The position numbers and the translations under genes were made by a program. The notes beneath the pieces were generated by a model. That model saw only the letters and a list, made by a program, of their open reading frames with translations, made no database searches and was not told the DNA's origin. Below, in pieces: positions 27,856-38,578 of a stretch of 64,000 bases of DNA; positions within the stretch are counted from its first letter, which is position 1, and each line of letters begins with the position of its first letter. This DNA comes from Candidatus Aenigmatarchaeota archaeon (GTDB lineage Archaea > EX4484-52), in NCBI GenBank assembly GCA_023137195.1, contig JAGLPV010000001.1, forward strand, positions 1 through 64,000, in the 5' to 3' direction.

Positions 27856-28331
27856 GCGTATGTTTTGATTTGTTGTATATCCTAGCTTTAGACAAATTCA
27901 TTCTGTAATGAATTGCAAAATACAGAATATTTATACTTTGACAATTAATTTCAAAAATCATCAAGGGATGGTCTTAAGAGTGTATAAGTTGTGTAATTTG
28001 TAGATGTGTGTGCAGATGTAGAAGAACCAAGTTTATTTTTAAAAATAGACATTTAAAGTACAAAAGAGTTGCAAATACCCAAAAAGATAATTCCGGAAGT
28101 GTTGAACAGGAGTAATCTTGAGATAACAGAGGGGATAAATAAGTATAGTTACAATCAAATAGACATGAATTAAACAATTAAATAAAGAATAAAGTTCAAA
28201 TTAAGCTTGTTTTAAAATGAGCGTTGAATTGTCAACCAAAACCTTTATATAATAGTTCAGGGAATAGAATATAAGACATAACGAAACAAATAAATGGTTA
28301 TGTTTAGAAAAAAAATAAAAAGTGATAAAAT

Positions 28332-31079
28332 ATGCAAGAAAAATTTAAGAAAGCAGCAGCCGGAGCAGTAGGATTACTGACCGCAGGAGCAACTTTAGCA
28401 GCAGGATTTGCTGGAGTAGCTTTTGGGACAGACTTATCTGACTTCGCAGCAGGAAATGTCTTCACTACAGAAAATACAATAGTAGTAGTAGGACCAAACG
28501 CAGCAATGGCCGATAATGTAGGGGCTATAAATATAGGAGCAAAACTAGCACAAGCTGGAGCAACATACACAGGAACAAGTGCAGTAACAACTGCAGCGGG
28601 AGTAGTATCATTGAATACAGCTAACACAAAAATATATGCTGGAGATGCATTGAACAAGGCAAAATCATTTATCTCTAAAGCAGAATTGCCAGTATTACTT
28701 GCAGATGGCACAGTAGATGTAGACGGATCTGATAAAAAAATAACAAACCAGAGAATAACTCTTACAGCAAATGCAAAAGTAATATTGGGAAAAGATGATG
28801 ATAGTGTAGATCCGGATTTATACGTTACAGGAACCACAGCTTCATCTGGTTTTGGAACAAGTGCATCTTCACCATTATATAATATATCTGCTTCATTTGA
28901 AACAGCAAACCTTACAAACGCAATAGGGAAAAAAATGACATTGTTCGGCAAAGAATTTACAATTGCTCCAACAACCACGACAACAAGTTTAGTATTGTAC
29001 AGTAGTGCAACAGAAGTTTCTTTGAATAGAGGAGAAACAGTAACTGTAACTATTGGAGGAACAGAACACACAATAAAACTTGTTGCAGTAAATACTAATG
29101 GAGATAAAGCAACAGTAGAAGTTGATGGGAAAACAGATGATGTAGATGAAGGCGCAAGCAAAAAGGTAAATAGCGTGAATATATATATTGACAGGGCAAG
29201 CGCATACCAGGAAGTGGTAGATGGTGTAGCTCTTAATTCAGGAAGTGCAACTTTGCTTGTTGGTTCAGAAAAAGTAACAATCCCATCCTCGGGAACAATT
29301 ACAACAGGAGATGATGCAGACGACATATCTGGAACACGTGCTACGGCAACAGGAGGTTATGGAGCATTGACTTCATTAACAATAAGTGTTGCAGGAGAGA
29401 GCAGCAGCACGGATTACATCAAAAACGGAGGCAGTTTGACAGACAGAGTATTTGGAACATTCAAAATAAATTTTGAGGGAACAACTCCGGCATCTGATGA
29501 TACAAATACAGACAGCATCTTAATTGCTTCTTCAGGAAATAAAGCAATGCAGGTAACTTTAATAGATTTGAGTGGAACATCAGCAAGCGTGCCATTTGCA
29601 TACAGTGCAACTCCGGAAACCGCAGGAACAGCAACTCTAAACTATGATTCTAATAGTGCTATAGCTACTGCAGAAGGACAAATATTGCGTGCAGCTAACG
29701 GAGGAGACTACTTTGTGGCTTATGGAGATGATGTCGGAAAATTATTGCATGTTGATAAAGTAGATACAGACGGAAGTTCAAATGACAAAGTAATAATAAA
29801 AGATGTGTTTAGCGGTGAAACAGTTTATGAGAACAATCCAAACACAGCTTCTGCAGATACATTTATTGTAGGGAACAGAGTATATACTATTGCAAACACA
29901 ACAGCAACAGATGAAGGCAATATAACCGTAACAGCTTCTGGAACAACGGGAGGTGCTACAATAACAGGTTCAAATGTTGGTGTATTTAATCCAATAACTG
30001 GTAAAAACGGAGAATATGTATATATGTATTACCCAATAACAAGTGGATTAAATGCGACAAGTATAGTACTTCCTGACGGAACAAAAAGCAGAACTACACT
30101 TCTTGCATCAAGCGTAACCGGATCACCAGCAAATGTTACAGTAGGTCCTTTAGCTTATACAATTGGAGGAGTAAACTCTACTGGTGGTACTGTAGGGGCA
30201 CTAAGTCACATACAATCAGTTCAACTAAGACCAACAGGAACAGCAGTTTTATCAAAAGCAGCTGTAGTTGTACTTGAAAACAACAACGATGTTGACTCAA
30301 CAAGCACTCTTTCAGCACATGTTATTTCAGTAGACGGAGCAATAGACACAAACAAGATGGGAATAAGTACACAATACTCCTCAGCAGCGGGCGTTTCATC
30401 TTCATACAGCACACAGGCTTATGAATCTGACTCAGATGTATCAGTTGCAGGAACTGTATACGGAACAATGGTAGTATATGACTCTTCGAGTCAGGGAAAA
30501 GTAACATTAACATACCCGGACACACAAACATACGCAAATCTATACTTGTCAGAAGTAGCTGTAGAAACACCATCGGCTTCAAGTACTGATGCTATTGCAC
30601 ACCTTTCATTAACAGCAGATGGTGTTGCAAGATTAGCAAGTGATGCAAGCGTTGCAGCAGACAAACTTGAAAAGAATGTAGTTCTTGTAGGCGGACCGGC
30701 AATTAACTCTCTTGTGGAAGAACTTGCAACAGCAGAAAAAACACCTGATGTAACATACTACAGAGATGAAACAAAAGAAGGTTCCCTGAAAGGAAAAGCA
30801 TTAATTCAGGTAATAGACAATGCATTTGCAGATGGAATGGCAGCAATTGTTGTATCCGGATACGAAGCAGACCAGACAAGAGCAGCATCCCTAAAACTTG
30901 CAACTGAAGAGATGAGTGGAACAGCAGTTGAACTTGAAGGAAGTGAAGTAGTGGCATACGACTTTGAAGCATACAAATTAGCAAACGCAGCAGCAGCTGA
31001 AGCAGTAGACGACACAACAGAAGAAGATGCAACTGGTGACGAAACTACTGGAGACGAAGGAAACCAAACACAAGAATAA
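28332..31079 (+). CDS. S-layer protein
   Basis: N-term IVVVGPNAAMADNVGAINIGAKL and C-term NVVLVGGPAINSLV...IVVSGYEADQTRAA are typical archaeal S-layer N/C domains. T/S/A-rich with biased codon use. Confidence 0.88.
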   Translation: MQEKFKKAAAGAVGLLTAGATLAAGFAGVAFGTDLSDFAAGNVFTTENTIVVVGPNAAMADNVGAINIGAKLAQAGATYTGTSAVTTAAGVVSLNTANTKIYAGDALNKAKSFISKAELPVLLADGTVDVDGSDKKITNQRITLTANAKVILGKDDDSVDPDLYVTGTTASSGFGTSASSPLYNISASFETANLTNAIGKKMTLFGKEFTIAPTTTTTSLVLYSSATEVSLNRGETVTVTIGGTEHTIKLVAVNTNGDKATVEVDGKTDDVDEGASKKVNSVNIYIDRASAYQEVVDGVALNSGSATLLVGSEKVTIPSSGTITTGDDADDISGTRATATGGYGALTSLTISVAGESSSTDYIKNGGSLTDRVFGTFKINFEGTTPASDDTNTDSILIASSGNKAMQVTLIDLSGTSASVPFAYSATPETAGTATLNYDSNSAIATAEGQILRAANGGDYFVAYGDDVGKLLHVDKVDTDGSSNDKVIIKDVFSGETVYENNPNTASADTFIVGNRVYTIANTTATDEGNITVTASGTTGGATITGSNVGVFNPITGKNGEYVYMYYPITSGLNATSIVLPDGTKSRTTLLASSVTGSPANVTVGPLAYTIGGVNSTGGTVGALSHIQSVQLRPTGTAVLSKAAVVVLENNNDVDSTSTLSAHVISVDGAIDTNKMGISTQYSSAAGVSSSYSTQAYESDSDVSVAGTVYGTMVVYDSSSQGKVTLTYPDTQTYANLYLSEVAVETPSASSTDAIAHLSLTADGVARLASDASVAADKLEKNVVLVGGPAINSLVEELATAEKTPDVTYYRDETKEGSLKGKALIQVIDNAFADGMAAIVVSGYEADQTRAASLKLATEEMSGTAVELEGSEVVAYDFEAYKLANAAAAEAVDDTTEEDATGDETTGDEGNQTQE

Positions 31080-31087
31080 TCCAATAC

Positions 31088-31123
31088 GCCCTAATATAGA
31101 GGGCATCTTTTTTTCTTTTTTTT
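31088..31123 (+). terminator. Hairpin + poly-T terminator after S-layer gene
   Basis: gccct-aatatag-agggc followed by a long T tract, between convergent genes. Confidence 0.65.
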
Positions 31124-31134
31124 ATTACTTTGTT

Positions 31135-33618
31135 TTAAACAACAAAAGACCGATTGTCTGTTTTTTTTAGGTAAATGATATTGTCTGCAAAACCCCTCAT
31201 TTTTTGCTCGTGAGATACTATAATTATCTGCGATAATTTCAGATTGCCTATAACAACACCTAATTGTTCGAGTTGTTCTTCTGAAAAGCCGTCTGTCGGC
31301 TCGTCGAGAATAAGGAGATCCCTTGTCTTTATATCTCCGGTCAGGTTGTTGATTACCTGATTCAGCGCAAGACGATAGCATAATGCGACAGCGGTCTGTT
31401 CTCCGCCAGAGAGGTTGTCAAAATCTATGTCAAATCCGCTTTGCTCTATTACCGGGGTGAACTCCTCGTCGATATATGTACTGAAAAAATCACTGTTGAT
31501 AAGCAGAGAAAACCATTTGGAAAACCGTTCTTCAAATTCAGAATGTATTCTTGCAAGTACGTTTGTTTCTATGTTTTTTATTAGAGGAATAAACAGGTTG
31601 TCTGTCCAGTTGACAATCTGGTTTATTTTTCCATGTTTTTTTTTGGTTTCATTCATTTTTGTTATGGCTTCCGAAAGTTCTTTTTCCTGTTCCTGTAGAG
31701 TATTCATGCGTGTCGTGTCCCGGGCAAATTCAATTTTTTGATTTTCCAACAGCACATTGATTTCATCTTTGTTTTGTTTTGTTTTTTTTATTTTCACTTC
31801 AAGGTCGGCGTATTCGTAGATTTGCTTTTTCTCCAGTTCAATGGATTTTGTCAATTCAGTTATTGATTTTGCTGTTCTTATTTTCAATTCCTTTAAGTTA
31901 TCTATTGTTTGTTTTTTTTCTTTCTCGTATTGGAGAAGATCATTGCGTCTTTGGAAGTCTTTTTTGTATTTTTCAAGTTCAATGGTTTTTTGGTCAATAT
32001 CTTTTATTTGATTTTTTGTCTGCTGCTCATCAAATTTGTTTATTTTCTCCAGTTCAAGAATTATTTTTTGTTCTTCAAGTCTTAAAAGGGCAAGTTGTTT
32101 TTGTTCTTCGGTTATCTGTTCTTCCTGGATTTTTAATTCAACAAATGATTTTTCCAGGTATTTCAATTCTTCTTTTTTGTTTGTCATTTCATTCAGTTTG
32201 TTTTTTAAAAAAACAATTTTTTCTTCAATGCTTTTTATGCTTGTGTTTATGTCATTTAATTCATTTGAGAGTTTGTCTATCTCTTTTTGATTTTTGTCTA
32301 ATATACTTGATTTATGGGTGTGGCTGACATTTTGTTTGCATAAAGGGCACATAGAAAGAGAGGTTATTTCGTTGATTTCTTTTTCCATTATGCTGATTCT
32401 GGTGTTTTTGGAGGAAGACAAAGCCCTGTCTTTTTGCAGGTTGGTTTCCATTTCAGTCATTTGTTTTTGAAAGGAAGATTCTTCTTTCGGGCATTGTTTT
32501 AATTCTTCAATTTTTTTTTGAATATGATTTTCTCTCTCATTTATTTCATTTTTTTTTGTAATGATTTTTTCCTTGTTTTGTGCGTTTTGCTGGATTTGGG
32601 CTAGTTTAATCTGTAATTTTTTTTTTATTTCATAATGCTCTTCTATTTTGTTTTGCAGGTTTTCTTTTCTTATTTTTAATTCATCAATTTCTTTTTTGTC
32701 AAATTCTTTATTAAAGAGGGCGTTGAATGATTTCAGTTGAATCTGTATTTTTTCAATAGATAATTTTTCATCTTCTTCTCTTTTTTTTAATTCAGTTAGA
32801 TAGTTTGTTTTTTCGTTATGCAGGCTGGTCTGGATTTCGAATTTTTTTTTAATTTTCTCAAGTTTTTCTTCTTCCTTGTTCAGGTGTTCGTAATTTTTGT
32901 TTATCTCATTTGCTTCTTTTGTCAATTCGTTCATCTTTTTTTCAGTTGCGTTTTTTTTGTTTTTTAGTTCAGAGAGTTCATGCTTTTGTTTTTCGTGATG
33001 TTTTTGATTATCTTCCAGGTTGTTAAAAATCCCTCTTAGGTATTCTCCTTCTTCGCGCATGTTTTTTTTGAATACAGATGCGTTTTCCCGGATTTGTTTG
33101 TATTGCTCTGTTGAAAATATTTTGCCGAAAAGTTCGCTCCTGTCTTCTTTTTTCATTCTTAAAATCTGTTTTGTTTCTTCCTGTGGATTATAGACTGTGT
33201 ATCGAAAGAGTAAAGACGGGTTTTTTGTGACCATGTCGGAAGGGTAATTTAGTAGGTTTATTATTTTAGAGCGGATTTCTTTTGGGCTGCAGAGGTAAGA
33301 GAGGTCGTCTATGATAAGTTCGCTTTTTGTCTGCGTGATTTCGCCAGTGTTGGTTTTTTTTAGACCTCTTTTTATTGAGATATTTTTCCCTTCAATTTCG
33401 AGTTTAAGGTTGACGCATGCGCTTGTTTTTCCTTTTCTTAAGAGAGAGCCGGCGCGTATGTGAGAGCCCGCCCCGAAAAGAGCAAATTCAATGGATTTTA
33501 GTATTGTTGTTTTCCCGCTTCCAATATCTCCTTCAAGTAGGACAACGCCTTTTGGGAAGAGAATTGTTTCTTCTTCGAAAGTCCTTATGTTTTTTAGGAA
33601 CAATTTCTTTAGGAGCAT
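31135..33618 (-). CDS. rad50: Rad50/SbcC SMC-family ATPase
   Basis: Walker A GDIGSGKT, zinc hook CPLC, signature LSGGE, Walker B LLILDEPT, long coiled coils. Confidence 0.9.
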   Translation of the reverse strand: MLLKKLFLKNIRTFEEETILFPKGVVLLEGDIGSGKTTILKSIEFALFGAGSHIRAGSLLRKGKTSACVNLKLEIEGKNISIKRGLKKTNTGEITQTKSELIIDDLSYLCSPKEIRSKIINLLNYPSDMVTKNPSLLFRYTVYNPQEETKQILRMKKEDRSELFGKIFSTEQYKQIRENASVFKKNMREEGEYLRGIFNNLEDNQKHHEKQKHELSELKNKKNATEKKMNELTKEANEINKNYEHLNKEEEKLEKIKKKFEIQTSLHNEKTNYLTELKKREEDEKLSIEKIQIQLKSFNALFNKEFDKKEIDELKIRKENLQNKIEEHYEIKKKLQIKLAQIQQNAQNKEKIITKKNEINERENHIQKKIEELKQCPKEESSFQKQMTEMETNLQKDRALSSSKNTRISIMEKEINEITSLSMCPLCKQNVSHTHKSSILDKNQKEIDKLSNELNDINTSIKSIEEKIVFLKNKLNEMTNKKEELKYLEKSFVELKIQEEQITEEQKQLALLRLEEQKIILELEKINKFDEQQTKNQIKDIDQKTIELEKYKKDFQRRNDLLQYEKEKKQTIDNLKELKIRTAKSITELTKSIELEKKQIYEYADLEVKIKKTKQNKDEINVLLENQKIEFARDTTRMNTLQEQEKELSEAITKMNETKKKHGKINQIVNWTDNLFIPLIKNIETNVLARIHSEFEERFSKWFSLLINSDFFSTYIDEEFTPVIEQSGFDIDFDNLSGGEQTAVALCYRLALNQVINNLTGDIKTRDLLILDEPTDGFSEEQLEQLGVVIGNLKLSQIIIVSHEQKMRGFADNIIYLKKTDNRSFVV

Positions 33619-33809
33619 AAAGAACAAGTAAAAAAGAATATTTTAAGTTTATATCTGTGATTTTTAGGATTATTATGTTTGATATCCTGTGGCTTGCGGC
33701 GTAATGAGAGTTTTTGTTTGAATAGATACTACGAAGTTCTGCTCTGGCGGGAGGTTCGTTTATCTTTAAAAAAAGTAAAATTTATATAGCTGGTTTTCTT
33801 TAGAATTGT

Positions 33810-34448
33810 ATGAAAAAGACAACAGCAGAACTGACAGAAGAGTATATTGGAAAACATCCATATATTAAAAACTGCCTTAAGAAAGGTTTGATTAATTATT
33901 CTTCTTTAGCGCGGCTTATTGCTAAAGAATTAAATATAGAGAAGAAGACATCAAAAGAGGCGATTCTTGTGGCGGCAAGAAGGATGCAGAAAAAACTTTG
34001 CGAGAAAGTAGTTTATGAAAAGAAAATCATTGATTTGCTGGCAAAGTCAGAGATGGATATAAAAAACAAGATTAATGTATTTATTCTTTCAAAAGACATA
34101 AATCTGGATTATGTGGATGAAATTCAAAAAGATATCCGGAACTCTGTCGGGACATTCTACTGTCTAGAGGGGTCTGATAATTATACCATTATAACCCAGG
34201 AGAAACATTCCTGTTTGATAAAAGACAAGTTTGAATCAAATATAATTGTGCATAATAAAGACATGGTGCTGATTAATATAAAATCTCCAAAAGAGATTGA
34301 AGAAACAACCGGTGTTGTTTCGTACCTGACTAATTTGTTTGCGGAAAATGGGGTCAATATTGTGGAATTTTTTTCATGCTGGACAGATACATTGTTTGTA
34401 ATATCATCTCGTGATTTAGGCAGGACTATTGATTTTTTAAAAGTCTGA
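33810..34448 (+). CDS. ACT-domain protein with N-terminal HTH-like region
   Basis: GLINYSSLAR N-term; C-term ACT GVVSYLTNLFAENGVNIVEFFSCWTDT. Confidence 0.8.
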   Translation: MKKTTAELTEEYIGKHPYIKNCLKKGLINYSSLARLIAKELNIEKKTSKEAILVAARRMQKKLCEKVVYEKKIIDLLAKSEMDIKNKINVFILSKDINLDYVDEIQKDIRNSVGTFYCLEGSDNYTIITQEKHSCLIKDKFESNIIVHNKDMVLINIKSPKEIEETTGVVSYLTNLFAENGVNIVEFFSCWTDTLFVISSRDLGRTIDFLKV

Positions 34449-34548
34449 TATTTTTGTTGTAGATTAAGAGATGAAAAGAAAATAATAATTTAATTACTGT
34501 GATGATAAAAAAACGGGTTTTTGTTCGTATTGTGCAAGAGGATGCCGT

Positions 34549-34692
34549 TTATTTTGTTTCCTTGAAAACGACTCTTTGGCTGAATTCTTCCTGTTTTCCA
34601 AGGTTCCAGTTTTGTACAGGGCGATAATACCCGACAATACGACTGTATACTTCGCAAGGCATTCCGCAAACATTTTCTTTATTTTGATCCAT
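34549..34692 (-). CDS. Stand-alone NrdD C-terminal glycyl-radical peptide (47 aa)
   Basis: Below ORF-track cutoff. MDQNKENVCGMPCEVYSRIVGYYRPVQNWNLGKQEEFSQRVVFKETK carries the class III RNR motif SRxxGY...WNxGKxxE. Confidence 0.85.
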   Translation of the reverse strand: MDQNKENVCGMPCEVYSRIVGYYRPVQNWNLGKQEEFSQRVVFKETK

Positions 34693-34740
34693 GAATATAT
34701 GAGTAAGTTAAGAATATATATGTTTCGGTTTCATTAGATA

Positions 34741-35793
34741 ATGTCATTTGTGATTGAAAAAAGATTAGGAAAAATAAAGCAAGTTTTGTCAAAGAAAAAG
34801 ATAGATGCACTACTTTTTTATTATGATGGAGAGAGCAGGAATATAACACAGGCAAACCTGTTCTATTTTACAGGCATTTGGTTTTTAGAACCGGCGATAT
34901 TGATTATTTCAGGAAATAATTCTGAAAAAAATATAGATGATGTTTTATATACTTCGTATCCAATTGAGTCAGAAGTTCCATACAATGTAAAGAGAATAAC
35001 AAAGGCAGAAAAACTCTTTGCTAAAGACAAAGAGATACTGCTTGGGATAGACCAGGGATTTGGTTATTCATCTTATAAAAAATTAACAAAAAAATACAAA
35101 TTGTCCGGGTTTGTTGATATAACAAAAGACATTCTCAAGATGAGGAGTATAAAATCAAAAGAGGAGATAGCCAATATTAAGACTGCATGTAAACTCCAGA
35201 GGGAAATTTTAAGCGATATTGAAAACAAAAATCTGTTCGGCAGAAGCGAGAAACAATTGCAAAGCAAAATCGATATTGCAATACTGGAGCAGGGATGCAC
35301 AAATGCGTTTGAGACTTTAGCAGCAGTAGATAAGAATACGAGCTATATTCATCATCTTCCGACAAACAGTATTGCGAAAAAAAGTATTCTGCTTGATTTT
35401 GGCTTAAATTACAATCATTACAATTCAGATATGACGAGGATGTTTTTTAGTTCTGGTGTGGACGGGGTTGCAAAAGAAGCATATTCTGCTTTAGAGGAAT
35501 TGCAAAGCCAGATGGATGATTTCATAAAGCCGGGAATTTCTTTTGGGAAGATAACAGATTTTGCAAAATCCTTTTTGGAAGAGGACTACAAGGATTCCAA
35601 TTTCTCTAATTTTCATTTGCTTGGGCATGGAATCGGACTACATGTGCATGAAGCACCAGGATATAAAAAAGAGGAAAGAGTAGAAGAGAACATGGTTTTC
35701 ACAATAGAGCCGGGAATTTATGTGGAAGGTAAATATGGCGTAAGGTTGGAAGATACGGTTGTGATGAGAAAAAACAGGATTGAGCGATTGTAA
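34741..35793 (+). CDS. pepQ: Xaa-Pro aminopeptidase/prolidase (M24)
   Basis: LLDFG...SDMTR, HLLGHGIGLHVHE, TIEPGIY, GVRLEDT. Confidence 0.9.
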   Translation: MSFVIEKRLGKIKQVLSKKKIDALLFYYDGESRNITQANLFYFTGIWFLEPAILIISGNNSEKNIDDVLYTSYPIESEVPYNVKRITKAEKLFAKDKEILLGIDQGFGYSSYKKLTKKYKLSGFVDITKDILKMRSIKSKEEIANIKTACKLQREILSDIENKNLFGRSEKQLQSKIDIAILEQGCTNAFETLAAVDKNTSYIHHLPTNSIAKKSILLDFGLNYNHYNSDMTRMFFSSGVDGVAKEAYSALEELQSQMDDFIKPGISFGKITDFAKSFLEEDYKDSNFSNFHLLGHGIGLHVHEAPGYKKEERVEENMVFTIEPGIYVEGKYGVRLEDTVVMRKNRIERL

Positions 35794-35795
35794 AG

Positions 35796-36296
35796 TCAGA
35801 TAATATTTTTGATAATATCTTCTCCGTCAATATCCTCTAGATATTTAGAAACGGTGTTTGGGACAAGATTTTTCCATTCTTTTTCATCTAATATTTTCTC
35901 TCTTATTTTTGTTGAGTTAATATTTTGAAATAGTTCTATATCTACAACTTTGTATTTTTTTAGAAGAAAAAGTTTTTTTACAAGGGCGTTTCCTGTGTAG
36001 ATTACATCAAATTTCGGGCATAAGGACTCTACGTGCCTCACCCATAAGTCATTGTTATTTATGTCCGGGATGGCGATGATTTCATACTTGTTTTTTTCTA
36101 TATGTTCATCTCCAAGAGTGAGTTGAATCATCTTTTTTCTTTGCTTGTATGAGAAAGGGTTGTTTATTGTTCCCTGCTCCTGGCTGCTGCCGATTGCAAT
36201 AATGACTTTTTCACATTCATCCAATGCTCTTTGGATATCTTTTAAATGCCCCTTGTGAAATGGCTGGAACCTTCCGATAAAAAATGCAACAGCCAT
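35796..36296 (-). CDS. nadM: Nicotinamide-nucleotide adenylyltransferase (archaeal NMNAT)
   Basis: FIGRFQPFHKGH, IGSSQ, NPFS, INSTKIR. Confidence 0.92.
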   Translation of the reverse strand: MAVAFFIGRFQPFHKGHLKDIQRALDECEKVIIAIGSSQEQGTINNPFSYKQRKKMIQLTLGDEHIEKNKYEIIAIPDINNNDLWVRHVESLCPKFDVIYTGNALVKKLFLLKKYKVVDIELFQNINSTKIREKILDEKEWKNLVPNTVSKYLEDIDGEDIIKNII

Positions 36297-36297
36297 A

Positions 36298-37092
36298 TTA
36301 TATTTTTAAAACAGGAATTGGATTGATTTTATGGGCGTTTTTCTTCATTTTATCTTCTATATTTTCAATTGTTTTTTGCTCGATGCATAAATTTTCAGAT
36401 ATTTCTTTTTTGCTCATTTTATTTTCCATGCAATAAAGGATTTTGTCCAGTAGCTCGTAAGTGATTCCCATCTCCTCCTCGTCGGTTTGTTTTTCCCATA
36501 AATTTGCGCTTGGCGGCTTTTCAATTATCCTGTCGATTACGCCGAGGTGCTTTGCCAATGTCCGAACCTGTGTTTTGTAAAGGTCTCCTATGGGGAGGAT
36601 GTCGACGCCGCCATCCCCGTTTTTTGTAAAATAACCTATGTCGAGTTCAGATTTGTTTCCTGTCCCGCAGACGATTAGATTGTTTTTGTGCGCAAAATCG
36701 CGTAGCAATATCATTCTTATTCTGGCGGAAATATTTCCCATGCCGACTTTATCGTCTGAAAAACCTTTTTTCTTTATTTCTCTGGAAATGTCGTCGATTT
36801 CAACAATAGAATATTTGATGTCCAGAGCATCTGCGGTTTTAATAGCATCATCAATGTCTTCTGCTTGGGTTGTAGCAGAGGGTAAGATTAATCCAAATGT
36901 TTTTTTGTTTCCTAATGCTTTTGTGCAAAGGTGAGCGCATACAGCGGAGTCAATACCTCCTGAGAGTCCGACAACAGCACCAGAAACATTTTTGGTCTGT
37001 TCCTGTATAAATTTGATTATCTTTTTTTCAATCAAGTCTGGTTGTATTTCAAGATTTAGATTAATATTTTTGTCTGCCATAGAAAATATCAT
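36298..37092 (-). CDS. nadE: NH3-dependent NAD+ synthetase
   Basis: GLSGGIDSA, GNISARIRM, GTGNKSE, GYFTKNGDG, PPSANLW. Confidence 0.96.
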   Translation of the reverse strand: MIFSMADKNINLNLEIQPDLIEKKIIKFIQEQTKNVSGAVVGLSGGIDSAVCAHLCTKALGNKKTFGLILPSATTQAEDIDDAIKTADALDIKYSIVEIDDISREIKKKGFSDDKVGMGNISARIRMILLRDFAHKNNLIVCGTGNKSELDIGYFTKNGDGGVDILPIGDLYKTQVRTLAKHLGVIDRIIEKPPSANLWEKQTDEEEMGITYELLDKILYCMENKMSKKEISENLCIEQKTIENIEDKMKKNAHKINPIPVLKI

Positions 37093-37892
37093 GTCCCTAT
37101 TTTTATATTTTTAATTATTTCTTTTATTTTTGCTATTCCTGATAGCGCCGCAAGATAGCTTGTTTTTGGATTGTCAGGGCAGGGGATGTTCTTTGTAATT
37201 GTTGTAATCTCCCCGAAATCGCCGGTTATTTTTAGTTCGTGGCAATTGACTTTTGAGTTTGGGTCTGCTATGATTTTTACTTTTGTTTTGGAAGGACCGA
37301 TTCCTGCCAGGCAAATGGTTGCAGATACATTTATGTTCTTTGGAAAAGCAGAGACGGCATCAAATACATTGCCCTCGAAAACCACGGTCTTTTCGCTGAT
37401 TTTATTCAAGTCAATGTTATTTTCGACAATGTATGGTGCGTCTTTAAGACCGCCGACAGGTTTTGTTGTTGTAAGGGTAACTGAGTCAATGTTGCAATTA
37501 TTTGCGGCTTTTAGCGCGTCAATTCCTGCAACAGCGCCGGATGGAATGTGGACGTTTACTTTTTCTTTTTTTGCTAATTCCAGCAAGTCCATGTTGTCTA
37601 TGAGTCCACCGACACTCATTATGAGAATGTCTGTGTGTTTTTTTATGCATGAATCCAGTATTTGCCGGACTGCATTTTTAGAGGATGTCTCAATTACGAG
37701 GTCTGAGGAGGTTATTAATTCTTCTAAGGGTGTGATTTTAGGGGTGTGCGTTAGTGAAGAGCATAATTCCTGTGCTTTTTGTTCTTCGACGTCATTTAGA
37801 GCAATTACGTTTATGTCTTCGTCTTTGTCAAAGGAGTTTGCAAGAATCGTGCCGATTGCACCGCATCCGATGATGCCTATTTTTAATTGCAT
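37089..37892 (-). CDS. nadX: L-aspartate dehydrogenase
   Basis: GCGAIG Rossmann motif, MSVGGL, PSGAVAGID, FPKNINV, NPKTSYLAALS. Confidence 0.93.
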   Translation of the reverse strand: MQLKIGIIGCGAIGTILANSFDKDEDINVIALNDVEEQKAQELCSSLTHTPKITPLEELITSSDLVIETSSKNAVRQILDSCIKKHTDILIMSVGGLIDNMDLLELAKKEKVNVHIPSGAVAGIDALKAANNCNIDSVTLTTTKPVGGLKDAPYIVENNIDLNKISEKTVVFEGNVFDAVSAFPKNINVSATICLAGIGPSKTKVKIIADPNSKVNCHELKITGDFGEITTITKNIPCPDNPKTSYLAALSGIAKIKEIIKNIKIGT

Positions 37893-38095
37893 GTTATTTT
37901 GCAGTTCTAAAGCTTAAAAATATGTTGCATTTTGTGGAGTTGTGTAAAAACGTATATGTTTGTATAATGTAAAAATGTTGGCGTTCTATCCTATAAGCGA
38001 AGCAACAAAGAACTACCTGGGTTTCTCCCAATTGAAGAGAGACTAACATAAGGGCATTTTTGTTTTTGAACTTTTTCTTCTTATTTTAAAATTAA

Positions 38096-38578
38096 TTATA
38101 ATTTTTCTTCAAACAATTCTAATAATAAATCATAAATGGATTTAAAATCTTTAAACTGATTTGGTTTTTTTAAATGTTTAACATAATCATAATCAAGGTT
38201 TCTTAGCTCCTCAACCAAATATCTACTTAACTTTGGTTTCTTGTCACGATAAGAAGGATTTGTTTTATGACATCTTAAAAAATCTTCAAAATCTTCTTCA
38301 CTAAAATATATTTGTTCTTTATACTTTTCTATTTTTTCAGTTATCTTTTTTTGACCTAGTTCAAAAGTATCGGAATCGTAAACATATATGGTCATAGAAT
38401 CAATTCCTAATCTTTCAAATTTTGTAATTGCATTGTTTAAATCATTCTCATTAGAATTAGGTTTTAATACATAATTTTCAGATATATGTTTGTTACCTTT
38501 TAATGCTTCAAAATAATTTTTTTCAGAATCTCCCTCACAATATATGAAGATTGCCTTTTTAATCTTCTTTGTATACAC
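38096..38578 (-). CDS. RloB-like (TOPRIM) protein
   Basis: IYCEGDSEKNYF and VYDSD motifs; coupled to the upstream AAA ATPase. Confidence 0.75.
   Translation of the reverse strand: MYTKKIKKAIFIYCEGDSEKNYFEALKGNKHISENYVLKPNSNENDLNNAITKFERLGIDSMTIYVYDSDTFELGQKKITEKIEKYKEQIYFSEEDFEDFLRCHKTNPSYRDKKPKLSRYLVEELRNLDYDYVKHLKKPNQFKDFKSIYDLLLELFEEKL

Noticed and set aside
27856-28331. 475-bp intergenic gap before the S-layer gene
   Set aside because: AT-rich, with no convincing ORF, repeat or fold; consistent with a promoter region (TATA-like ctttatataa at 28243-28252).
28304-29326. Long antisense ORFs (e.g. 28304-29326, 37171-37917, 59894-60610)
   Set aside because: Shadows of real genes on the opposite strand caused by codon bias.
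31135-33618. Rad50 without adjacent mre11/nurA/herA as a novel SMC system
   Set aside because: The protein is a canonical zinc-hook Rad50, and operon break-up is common in such genomes.
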